A stretch of 16,236 nt of DNA, taken from contig CAZDTP010000059.1 of assembly GCA_964508365.1 (NCBI GenBank), positions 5,254 through 21,489 on the forward strand, read 5' to 3'. This DNA is from an uncultured archaeon. Lineage in GTDB: Archaea > Asgardarchaeota > Lokiarchaeia > Sigyniarchaeales > SOKP01. Below the pieces are notes generated by a model. It made no database searches and was not told the origin of the DNA. It saw only the letters and a program-made list of their open reading frames with translations. The translations under genes were made by a program, and so were the position numbers. Positions 8,522-16,236 of this stretch are shown here, piece after piece; positions within the stretch are counted from its first letter, which is position 1, and the number at the start of each line of letters is the position of its first letter.

Positions 8522-8911
8522 ATGCCAAAAATGAAGAAAAAACAAGTAAAGAAAGGAAGGAGAACCTATTCACCAAATCCACAACCAGAAATAAGACGCA
8601 TAAAAATGCCATATCGGAAAAATGGAGAAATTTTTGCCCGTGTAACAGATATTTATGGCCAAGAACGGATGGGGGTCTATTGTGAAGATGGAAAACATCG
8701 TTTAGGGCGGATTCGGGGAAAAATAAAGAAAAGAGTATGGGTAAGAAAAGGCGATTTAGTAGTAGTTAATCCATGGGAATTTGAAACAGAAATTGATGGC
8801 CAAAGAGAAAGGTGTGAAATCTCGTGGAGATACTTAAGACATGAAATTTCTTGGTTAGAACGACGGAATTTAATACCAGAAAATCTGGATATAAATAATA
8901 TTTCTCTCTAA
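8522..8911 (+). CDS. eif1a: Translation initiation factor aIF-1A (eIF-1A)
   Basis: OB-fold motifs GEIFARVTDIYG, CEDGKHRLGRIRGKIKKRVWVRKGDLVVVNPWEF and WRYLRHEISWL. ATG 8522 (MPKMKKK) is preferred over the TTG 8465 start in the ORF track. Confidence 0.93.
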   Translation: MPKMKKKQVKKGRRTYSPNPQPEIRRIKMPYRKNGEIFARVTDIYGQERMGVYCEDGKHRLGRIRGKIKKRVWVRKGDLVVVNPWEFETEIDGQRERCEISWRYLRHEISWLERRNLIPENLDINNISL

Positions 8912-8969
8912 TCAAATTTTTTATTATTTATGGGCTAATTGGATATTTTAAACTAATTAAAGCAAAAAT

Positions 8970-9068
8970 ACAAAAATAATCCATGTTATGGCAGTAGCCA
9001 ATCGTGGGGTTTTATGTAATCCTATTTCCCGTGTTTTCTATATCGAAATGAGAGATAAACTTCAATAA
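8970..9068 (+). pseudogene. Relic 3' end of an acetoacetate--CoA ligase gene (diverged direct repeat of 8136-8234)
   Basis: Translates TKIIHVMAVANRGVLCNPISRVFYIEMRDKLQ* versus aacS TKIIHGMEVANRGALRNPDSLDFYMEMKDKLQ*. Ungapped hand alignment gives 73/99 nt and 23/32 aa identical, with the same stop position. Confidence 0.9.
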
Positions 9069-9107
9069 ACACTACTATTTTTTAATTATTTAATCAGTTA
9101 CATTCAT

Positions 9108-10379
9108 TTAATAATAAGTATCTGGATATGAATTTTCTTTAGGAAACAAAACATCAATTATTTCACTTGATTCATGTAATATCATAGCATCTTTTATAAT
9201 ATGATTTATCTCTTCAAAACTCATGTCCCCTAAGATTAATTTGAACAAGAGGGATCCAGGTATTTGAAGATCACACGATCCTTCCTTCGGATATCCTTTT
9301 TCCATCTTTATAGTAGAAATTGACCCATTATTAAAAGATAATATAATAGTTGTTTTGTAATCACTTAATCTTAAATCTTGTGTTAAATCTTGAAAATTTG
9401 AATTATTAATTCTATTTTCTAATATTTGCTGTATTTTTTCTAAATATAATTTTAAATTTGGAATCTTAACTTGCCAACCATAAGTGTTATTCGTTGTTCC
9501 TCCAAGTTCACCAATAAGTTCAGCTAAATCTGTATCCTCTCTAACAGCCAAGTTAATTTGATCTGGATTTTCAATACTGGTGATTTCTTTAGTAAATTGA
9601 AGTATTTTTATTCCATATTTGCGATTTATATCTGAAGTCTTAATATCATATGCTAAATTATCATAAGACTTTCCGAATGTGAAATATGCTATAGTTTTTC
9701 CACCAGTCTCAATCAAATATGTTGAAGTTTTAAATGTATTGTAATTATCATTAAAAAATTTAGAGATGTAGCAATCTTTATCAAACAAGTTTGAAATAAA
9801 GAATTTTTCGTAATATTGATTATATTTGTTAGCAATTAGATCAATATCATCTAAGTTTGCTTTCCTAATTTTTAAAAAATCCAAATCATCTTGAGGAATC
9901 ATTGATGGTGATAAAAACATTCTATGATCAAGAGGTATAGCAAATTCATAGCCTAATTTTCGATAATAATAAGGGATGCCTCTTATGACAGAAATAATAT
10001 ATCCTTTTTCTGCCATGATGCGTTCATAAAGGTTATTTAACTCAACAATTAATTCTTTCCCACGATATTTTTCTAATGTTCCAACAAATCCCATCTCGCA
10101 TACTAAAACGTTAATACTTCCAACTCTCCATTCTAACGGCATTAAACTAATGCTTGATACAATTTTATTTGAATTAGAATCCTTGATATATAGAAATAGT
10201 ATGTCTTCTTTCCTTGGATGATTTAAAAATATGTGCTTAAAATAATCTCCTACTGATTCACCATGTACTTTAACATTTAATGCCAAAATTTCTTGAAATT
10301 CTTCCTTCTTATAATTCTCAGCAATATGAATTGAAAATTGTTGATTTAATTTCCTCTTATATCCTTTTGCAAGTCTCAT
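9108..10379 (-). CDS. GNAT family N-acetyltransferase, Eis-like (with C-terminal SCP2-like region)
   Basis: Motif A region VCEMGFVGTLEKYRGKE and motif B GIPYYYRKLGYE. C-terminal region LILGDMSFEEI. The 423-aa size matches Eis-type tandem GNAT proteins. Confidence 0.8.
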   Translation of the reverse strand: MRLAKGYKRKLNQQFSIHIAENYKKEEFQEILALNVKVHGESVGDYFKHIFLNHPRKEDILFLYIKDSNSNKIVSSISLMPLEWRVGSINVLVCEMGFVGTLEKYRGKELIVELNNLYERIMAEKGYIISVIRGIPYYYRKLGYEFAIPLDHRMFLSPSMIPQDDLDFLKIRKANLDDIDLIANKYNQYYEKFFISNLFDKDCYISKFFNDNYNTFKTSTYLIETGGKTIAYFTFGKSYDNLAYDIKTSDINRKYGIKILQFTKEITSIENPDQINLAVREDTDLAELIGELGGTTNNTYGWQVKIPNLKLYLEKIQQILENRINNSNFQDLTQDLRLSDYKTTIILSFNNGSISTIKMEKGYPKEGSCDLQIPGSLLFKLILGDMSFEEINHIIKDAMILHESSEIIDVLFPKENSYPDTYY

Positions 10380-10514
10380 TTCAGGTTTGTAAATAATAAC
10401 ATATTTAGAAATTTTATTGAATTATACATAACATAACATTTTAACTTTGAAATACTGACATTAAAATTATAATAATATATTTATTAAAAAAAAGTAATTT
10501 CTAAAATAATTTCA

Positions 10515-11972
10515 TTAAATTCCTAATCCCTTTGCGATTCTATCGCCCCAAGTCGAATCAGCTTTGTAGAAATGTTTAAGCATTCGTTCCTGAATGAACT
10601 TAGGTACTGTTTTTAGGCTATTAACAAGATTTTGTACTAGGCGATCCTGTTCATCGGGGGGCATTAATCTATAGAGATTTCCTGGTTGAACAAAATCATC
10701 ATCTCTTGTAGGTTGGTCATATGCATCTGCATCTCCAGATATTTTTAACGGGGGCTCCTTAAAGGAAGGGTTTTGTTGAGGTCCACCAAAACTATTTGGC
10801 TCATAAATTACAGAGTCTCCATAATTACCATCAAATCTCATGTGACCATCGCGGTGATAATTGCTTACCATTGCTTTTGGTTTATTTACAGGTAAACTTT
10901 GATAATTAACGCCAAGTCGATATCGATGTGCGTCTGCATAAGAGAAAGTTCTAGCTTGTAGCATCTTATCTGGTGAATAAGAAATTCCTGGGACTTTATT
11001 AGATGGATCCATTGCAACTTGCTCAACTTCTGCAAAATAGTTTGATGGGTTCCGATTAAGTTCCATTATCCCCACTTTAATTAAAGGGTAGTCTTTATGA
11101 GGCCAAACTTTAGTTAAATCAAATGGATTCCATCGATATGATTCAGCTTCAAGTTCAGGCATGATTTGCACAGATAACTCCCACTTTGGGAAATTTCCCT
11201 TTTCAATTCTTTCATAAAGATCACGGATTGTCCAATCTGGATCTTTACCCGCTAGTTCATCCGCTTCTTGTTGAGTAAAGTTTTTAATGCCCTGCATGGT
11301 TTTAAAGTGAAATTTTACCCAGAAACGTTCATCTTTTGCGTTAATAAAACTGTAAGTATGGCTTCCATAACCGTTCATATGGGGAATACCTCTTGGGATA
11401 CCTCGATCAGAAAAGAGTATTGTTACTTGATGTAAAGCTTCGGGAACTAATGACCAAAAATCCCACCACATTATTTGGGATCGAAGGTTTGTGTGTGGTG
11501 AACGTTTTTGAGTATGGATAAAATCACTGAATTTTAAAGGATCTCTTATAAAAAATACTGGAGTATTATTACCAACTAAATCCCAATTACCTTCTTCTGT
11601 GTAAAACTTTAGTGCGAAACCTCTTACGTCTCTAACTGTATCAGCAGAGCCTCTTTCACCAGCTACTGTTGAAAATCGGCCAATCATATCTGTTTTTTTC
11701 CCAATTTCTGAAAAAATTTTAGCTTTCGTATATTTTGTAATATCATTGGTCACTGTAAAAGTACCGTATGCACCAGCTCCTTTAGCGTGGACTACTCGTT
11801 CAGGTATACGCTCTCTATTAAAATGTGCCATTTTTTCAAATAAAAATACATCCTGCATGAGTAATGGTCCTCTTTCACCAGCAGAGAGTGAATTCTGATT
11901 ATCTGATACCGGAGCGCCTCCCTGTGTTGTTAATGTTTTAGATTTTCCTTCACTTTTATCATTTTTTTTCAT
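10515..11972 (-). CDS. katA: Monofunctional heme catalase (small-subunit, clade-3-like)
   Basis: Distal-His motif [43 protein letters not shown], proximal-Tyr motif [14 protein letters not shown]. 485 aa. Confidence 0.97.
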   Translation of the reverse strand: MKKNDKSEGKSKTLTTQGGAPVSDNQNSLSAGERGPLLMQDVFLFEKMAHFNRERIPERVVHAKGAGAYGTFTVTNDITKYTKAKIFSEIGKKTDMIGRFSTVAGERGSADTVRDVRGFALKFYTEEGNWDLVGNNTPVFFIRDPLKFSDFIHTQKRSPHTNLRSQIMWWDFWSLVPEALHQVTILFSDRGIPRGIPHMNGYGSHTYSFINAKDERFWVKFHFKTMQGIKNFTQQEADELAGKDPDWTIRDLYERIEKGNFPKWELSVQIMPELEAESYRWNPFDLTKVWPHKDYPLIKVGIMELNRNPSNYFAEVEQVAMDPSNKVPGISYSPDKMLQARTFSYADAHRYRLGVNYQSLPVNKPKAMVSNYHRDGHMRFDGNYGDSVIYEPNSFGGPQQNPSFKEPPLKISGDADAYDQPTRDDDFVQPGNLYRLMPPDEQDRLVQNLVNSLKTVPKFIQERMLKHFYKADSTWGDRIAKGLGI

Positions 11973-12112
11973 TAAAGATCATCTTTTTATATGTTAAGTA
12001 CGTTTTTTACAAGAAAGTTTACTATTTATAAATTTCTTTAATGTTTTATTATATAAGAAAGAATTTTACTTACTAATCAAAATCAAATAGATTAATATTC
12101 AAAAACACCAGT

Positions 12113-12520
12113 CTACATTATCATTTTCCATTCATTAGTGGGCATTTTTGTATAAATTTTACATACACGGCCTTTCCATTGATTTCTATTGCCTACTTTA
12201 TCAATCCATAATGTGTCAATATCGACAACTGCAAATGCTCCATCTTGCTCTTTTGAGACCTTAATTAGTTTAATTTCTCTCTTATTTTGAACCAGCTTAT
12301 GGCTATCAAATAGGTCTTGCCAGCCGTTTTTCCATCTGTTGTAATTAAATCTCCCCCAATCAATTACCCAATCCATAGGATCATGAGCTTTATTATCTTT
12401 AGGCCAAGGCCATACCATGTCTGGATGGAGGATTGTCATGAGTAAATCCACATCTTGAGTATCCCAAGCATGGGTCTCTCTATTTACAATTTCTTCTATC
12501 TTTTTTTCTGGATTACTCAT
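12113..12520 (-). CDS. SnoaL-like / NTF2-fold protein (possibly cut 7 codons short by TAG)
   Basis: N-terminal helix with AWDTQDVDLLMTILHPDMVWPWP, then beta-rich AFAVVDIDTLW...WKGRVCKIYTK...EWKMIM. In-frame TAG at 12113-12115 is followed by TGVFEY-TAA (to 12092). Confidence 0.72.
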   Translation of the reverse strand: MSNPEKKIEEIVNRETHAWDTQDVDLLMTILHPDMVWPWPKDNKAHDPMDWVIDWGRFNYNRWKNGWQDLFDSHKLVQNKREIKLIKVSKEQDGAFAVVDIDTLWIDKVGNRNQWKGRVCKIYTKMPTNEWKMIM

Positions 12521-12735
12521 ACTCTATTTGATAAAATAATTATATTATATACCTGAAATATATTTTACTCTATAAAATTTAGCTTTTAATCATGGAGAAA
12601 AAGCTTTAAGGAACCTAATCGGCAGTAATTCAATAATTTCCTTCTTAGTTTTTTCTAAAATGTTGATTTGATATTTGGTTTTGATATAAAATAAAAACAT
12701 CCCGCTTTTCTATTTATGAACCGATTTTTAAAATT

Positions 12736-12760
12736 TAATTAGAATAGAATATTCTAATTA
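12736..12760. promoter_or_regulatory. Perfect 10-bp inverted repeat (candidate operator) upstream of acyl-CoA dehydrogenase
   Basis: TAATTAGAAT-AGAAT-ATTCTAATTA, ending 36 nt before ATG 12797. Confidence 0.45.
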
Positions 12761-12796
12761 TTAAATTCAATTAATTGACTTCTTAATGAGATTATA

Positions 12797-14053
12797 ATGC
12801 AAGAAAAAATAATAAATGATGAAATTCTGGAAAAGATTACTTTAGAGAATGTTTTTAAGATTTTTAACGACAACATATTCCCGATGCTGAATGACGAGGA
12901 AAAAGCATATTGTAATGAACTCCAAGAATTTTGCTTAGAACTTAACCCTAAAATTGATAAATCTAAAGATGTTTATGTGTTGTTTCCAGAACTTGGAAAG
13001 CGTGGCTATATGCAGCGAATCAATAAATGGAACGATTTCACCCCATATGGGATGAAAAAAGAAATATTGCTGGGAACGCATTTATCATTATTAGACCCTC
13101 AATTGGAATTAGCAAGATTAGCTAGTGGAATTTTATGCGGTAATCCGACATTTCACTATTACGAACACGGAGGAACAGGTGAAACTATTCGAAAGGTTCA
13201 AGACGAATTAATGTCTGGACAGAAAATAGGATGTATAGGAATAACTGAACCTGAACGAGGTTCTGATGCCGTAAATATGACAACTGTTGCAACGAAAGAA
13301 GGAGATTCTGTGATTTACAACGGTGAAAAAGTATATACAACAAACGGTCCAAAAGCAGATTATTTTTGTACTTATGGGGTATATGATACAAATAATCCAC
13401 GCGATACAATGGTGCAAGCAATGATAAAAAGTGATTTTGGCGTGAGAACTGAAAGATTGAAAATCAATTCAGTTCCACGAGTACACATTGCTCACACCTA
13501 TTTGGAAAATGTTAAGATTCCCAACGATTATATCTTAGCTGATGATGGATTAGGTTATGTTCGATTGTTTGAAGGATTGGTTCCTGAACGTTTAGGAATA
13601 ATGGGATCGGGTATTGGAATCTGCTGGTCAGGTTTGATATACGGGATTATTTTTACGAATCTTAGAAAACAATTTGGCAAGCCAGTAATTAGATATCAAG
13701 GTGTTGGCTATGGATTAGCCGATTTGCTTGCTAAATCTACAGCTGCTACTAGTTTAGCACTTCAGGCGGCGACGATTTACGATGAAAAGATACTTTTTGC
13801 CGATACACCTTCAAAAGAAGCTGAAAAATGGGTTGCAAGTATCTCATCTCAAGGTAAATATTATACTGCAAAGCTAACACATGAAATTTGTTACGAAGTT
13901 CAGCAACATATGGGCGGAGTCAGCGTTACCGATAACACACCTGTAGATGAGCTAGCTGATGTAAGTAAAATTGAAGAAGTTATTGGAGGATCCCGGAATA
14001 TCCAACTTCTTCTAATCCAATCTCAAATCCAACGATTTATGAGACTTATATAA
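12797..14053 (+). CDS. Acyl-CoA dehydrogenase family protein
   Basis: CIGITEPERGSD, NGEKVYTTNG, LVPERL, RKQFGKPVIRYQGV, QQHMGGV and IGGSRNIQ motifs. Confidence 0.92.
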   Translation: MQEKIINDEILEKITLENVFKIFNDNIFPMLNDEEKAYCNELQEFCLELNPKIDKSKDVYVLFPELGKRGYMQRINKWNDFTPYGMKKEILLGTHLSLLDPQLELARLASGILCGNPTFHYYEHGGTGETIRKVQDELMSGQKIGCIGITEPERGSDAVNMTTVATKEGDSVIYNGEKVYTTNGPKADYFCTYGVYDTNNPRDTMVQAMIKSDFGVRTERLKINSVPRVHIAHTYLENVKIPNDYILADDGLGYVRLFEGLVPERLGIMGSGIGICWSGLIYGIIFTNLRKQFGKPVIRYQGVGYGLADLLAKSTAATSLALQAATIYDEKILFADTPSKEAEKWVASISSQGKYYTAKLTHEICYEVQQHMGGVSVTDNTPVDELADVSKIEEVIGGSRNIQLLLIQSQIQRFMRLI

Positions 14054-14060
14054 ATATAAA

Positions 14061-14078
14061 TTTTTCTTTTTTATTTTT
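14061..14078 (+). terminator. Oligo-T terminator-like tract after acyl-CoA dehydrogenase
   Basis: TTTTTCTTTTTTATTTTT beginning 8 nt after the stop, as expected for archaeal intrinsic termination. Confidence 0.4.
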
Positions 14079-14282
14079 ACGGATGTTTTATTCCATTTCA
14101 GAATCAAAGTTGATAGAAACCCAAGAATATTACTTGTTTAATAAACGACAAATGTCCTTTCTTTTTTCTTTACATTTGATATAAGAAGCTCATGAGGAAA
14201 ATTAATAAGTTCAAGTTGGTATTATCACTTTAGATAAGAATTATTTCAAAAATAATTAAACTTAGGAGCGATTCTCTAAACC

Positions 14283-14519
14283 TTGGAAGAAATAACAGAT
14301 AAAAATTATAGGAAAATCATGAGAAACTTTAAAGGACGAATAGAATTAATGAAAAAAACGCCTTTAGAGAATCTAGAAAAGCTATTTTTAGAGATATATG
14401 ATTACGGGATTAAAGATTATGTTCGAATCGAAAAGAAAAGGGATCCTAAAAAATCTCGAAAAGAAATCATTATTGATATGTATGAATTTCATGATAAAAT
14501 AAGAGGTCGTAAAAAATAA
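14283..14519 (+). CDS. Small helical protein, putative antitoxin/partner of the downstream nucleotidyltransferase
   Basis: Its TAA (14517-14519) directly abuts the ATG at 14520. Start is either TTG 14283 or in-frame ATG 14319, which has AGGA 5 nt upstream. Charged and helical. Confidence 0.6.
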   Translation: MEEITDKNYRKIMRNFKGRIELMKKTPLENLEKLFLEIYDYGIKDYVRIEKKRDPKKSRKEIIIDMYEFHDKIRGRKK

Positions 14520-15149
14520 ATGGAACTTTCTTATAAAATTGCTTTAAAGCAAATAATTGATTTACTCGATCAGCTTGAAAAAGAGAAACGTTTAAAATAT
14601 TATTTGGTTGGTGGAATTCTAGTAAATATATATTCAGATTTTAGAATAACTCGAGATATTGATTTAGTTATTGATTTTCAGGCATCTAATTTTAGAATTG
14701 AAGATTATGTTATTGTATTAAAACAAAATGATTTTTTTCCCTTCCAAGACTGGAATACTACAAATTATTTAGCCAGAGAAACTAAAATAATTCAATTTTT
14801 AGATAAAACCGAAACTGTGAAATATGATAATCATATTATTGATAAATTTGATAAGAGTAAATATAAAAAACTAGGTTCAATTGCGCTTAAAAGAAGAGTA
14901 AAAGAAACTTTATTTGGAGTAGAATGTTGGGTTACATCGAAAGAGGATTTTATTTTGAGTAAATTAATCTATGGCGGTTGGCAAGACTATTCCGATGCTT
15001 TAGGATGTTGGATGAGATTTGAACATGCATTAGATGTACAATATATGTCTATAAACAGCAAAGAATTAGGAATACAAAAAGAATTTAATCTATTAAAATC
15101 TGGAATTGACGATCCAGACGATTATTTTAAACAAATTAATGGGTACTAA
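14520..15149 (+). CDS. Pol-beta-superfamily nucleotidyltransferase (AbiEii/DUF6036-like), putative toxin
   Basis: YYLVGG...RITRDIDLVI (GG plus DxD metal motif) and C-terminal SKEDFILSKL...QDYSD. Confidence 0.75.
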   Translation: MELSYKIALKQIIDLLDQLEKEKRLKYYLVGGILVNIYSDFRITRDIDLVIDFQASNFRIEDYVIVLKQNDFFPFQDWNTTNYLARETKIIQFLDKTETVKYDNHIIDKFDKSKYKKLGSIALKRRVKETLFGVECWVTSKEDFILSKLIYGGWQDYSDALGCWMRFEHALDVQYMSINSKELGIQKEFNLLKSGIDDPDDYFKQINGY

Positions 15150-15187
15150 TTAAAATTCGTTCCAAAATTTATTTTTCATTCTTTTTT

Positions 15188-15949
15188 TCAGCTAATCAAC
15201 TTTAAAATTGATGAAACAATAGAATTGATGCTAATAACTAAGAGGAAACAAAAAACTGCAACCTGAAATTTTTTAACGGGTATTTTAGGTGTTAGCTTTT
15301 GACCAAATTTAGTACCCAGAAAAATTATTGGAAATCCTAATATAAATAATAAAACTAAGTCATAAGGGAAAATATCTGTTATGAAATAAAATGGTGTCCT
15401 CACAATAGAAAGCGAAAATCCAATCGCAGCGAAATTCTCTATAAAGTGTTCTCTATAATGACCCGTTCTTTCTAACATTGCTACATTGAGCGGTCCAACA
15501 GCACTTATTAAGGCTGACAAAAATCCATAACTAAACCCTCCCGCATAAATTAAGGGAGAAGTAGTATTAAGTCGTTCTTTTAACTCAAATTCCTCTTTTT
15601 CTTTAGAATATCGATATAATTTTAGAGTAGAATAACTAAGAATAAAAATCCCAAGGATAAGTTCTATCCATTCGAGTCTAATATCAATTAATAAAAAAGT
15701 TCCAAAGATAGTTGCGGGGATACCTAACGATAAGAATCTTATAAAGTAGCCTTTATCTAATAAATCACGGTACTTAATGAAGTTCAGCAAAGCGGTAAGT
15801 ATACCCCAAATATTTACCAGAATCACGGCATTCTTAATTCCAATTATGGGAGTAATTATTGGGATTAAGACAAGAGCGTCTCCAAATCCAATCATCCCAT
15901 AAACCATGCTCGAAAAAAAAATAGCAATTAAAGAGAGATAGATAATCAT
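15188..15949 (-). CDS. Sulfite exporter TauE/SafE family membrane protein
   Basis: About 8 hydrophobic segments, N-terminal GMIGFGDALVLIP and an internal repeat GFLSALISAVGP, which fits the TauE two-repeat architecture. Confidence 0.88.
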   Translation of the reverse strand: MIIYLSLIAIFFSSMVYGMIGFGDALVLIPIITPIIGIKNAVILVNIWGILTALLNFIKYRDLLDKGYFIRFLSLGIPATIFGTFLLIDIRLEWIELILGIFILSYSTLKLYRYSKEKEEFELKERLNTTSPLIYAGGFSYGFLSALISAVGPLNVAMLERTGHYREHFIENFAAIGFSLSIVRTPFYFITDIFPYDLVLLFILGFPIIFLGTKFGQKLTPKIPVKKFQVAVFCFLLVISINSIVSSILKLIS

Positions 15950-16236
15950 ATACTTTTGTAAAAGAGTTCTTTAATTTTTAACAATTTGAATTATCTACTT
16001 TTTTTTATTTTAAAAGACATAAAACTTAGAAATCATTTAATTCTCGCATTTACTTATCATTCTCTATCGAACTTTTTATTATTTACATTTCAAAAATGTA
16101 TCAGTTCCGATTAGAATCAAAAATTTTTTTAATTAATTTAACATTGGAATACATAACAAAAAAATAAGTGAATAAGAAAATGAACTCTAAACTAAAAAAA
16201 AGTATAATCTTATTTATGGGATTATTTATAGCGCTA

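Noticed and set aside
10460-10485. PerR/Fur-box-like TTATAATAAT near the catalase
   Set aside because: Only a half-match, lies at the catalase 3' side rather than its promoter, and is expected by chance in AT-rich DNA.
12590-12700. 36-aa minus-strand ORF MFLFYIKTKYQINILEKTKKEIIELLPIRFLKAFSP
   Set aside because: Short, with no clear RBS or homology. It could be a gene remnant but cannot be supported from sequence alone.
13185-13421. Two overlapping minus-strand ORFs (78 and 69 aa)
   Set aside because: Antisense shadows within the acyl-CoA dehydrogenase.
1-16236. Genome-wide TAG or TGA recoding (Pyl/Sec), CRISPR array, tRNA/rRNA, IS or integrase
   Set aside because: TAG and TGA terminate several full-length genes at expected positions. 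No spaced repeats, cloverleaf-like GC-rich segments or transposase/recombinase motifs were seen.

Overview
AT-rich archaeal window, most likely from an Asgard archaeon (Lokiarchaeia/Promethearchaeia-like). This placement is inferred from two eukaryotic-signature small GTPases, a longin domain and an archaeal-type aIF-1A. Left part: a PUA (MCTS1/Tma20-like) gene and a 2H-phosphoesterase gene in divergent orientation, then a cluster of a Rab-like GTPase, an orphan coiled-coil protein and a longin-domain/Arf-like GTPase fusion. Middle: phosphohexomutase, acetoacetate-CoA ligase and aIF-1A. aIF-1A lies between the ligase 3' end and an unannotated, diverged second copy of the last 33 codons of the same ligase gene. 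Right part looks accessory: Eis-like GNAT, heme catalase, a SnoaL/NTF2-fold gene with an amber codon just before a plausible C-terminal motif, acyl-CoA dehydrogenase, a small-protein/nucleotidyltransferase toxin-antitoxin-like pair and a TauE/SafE exporter. No tRNA, rRNA, CRISPR array, transposase or integrase was seen. All family calls come from motif recognition by eye; no database search was run.
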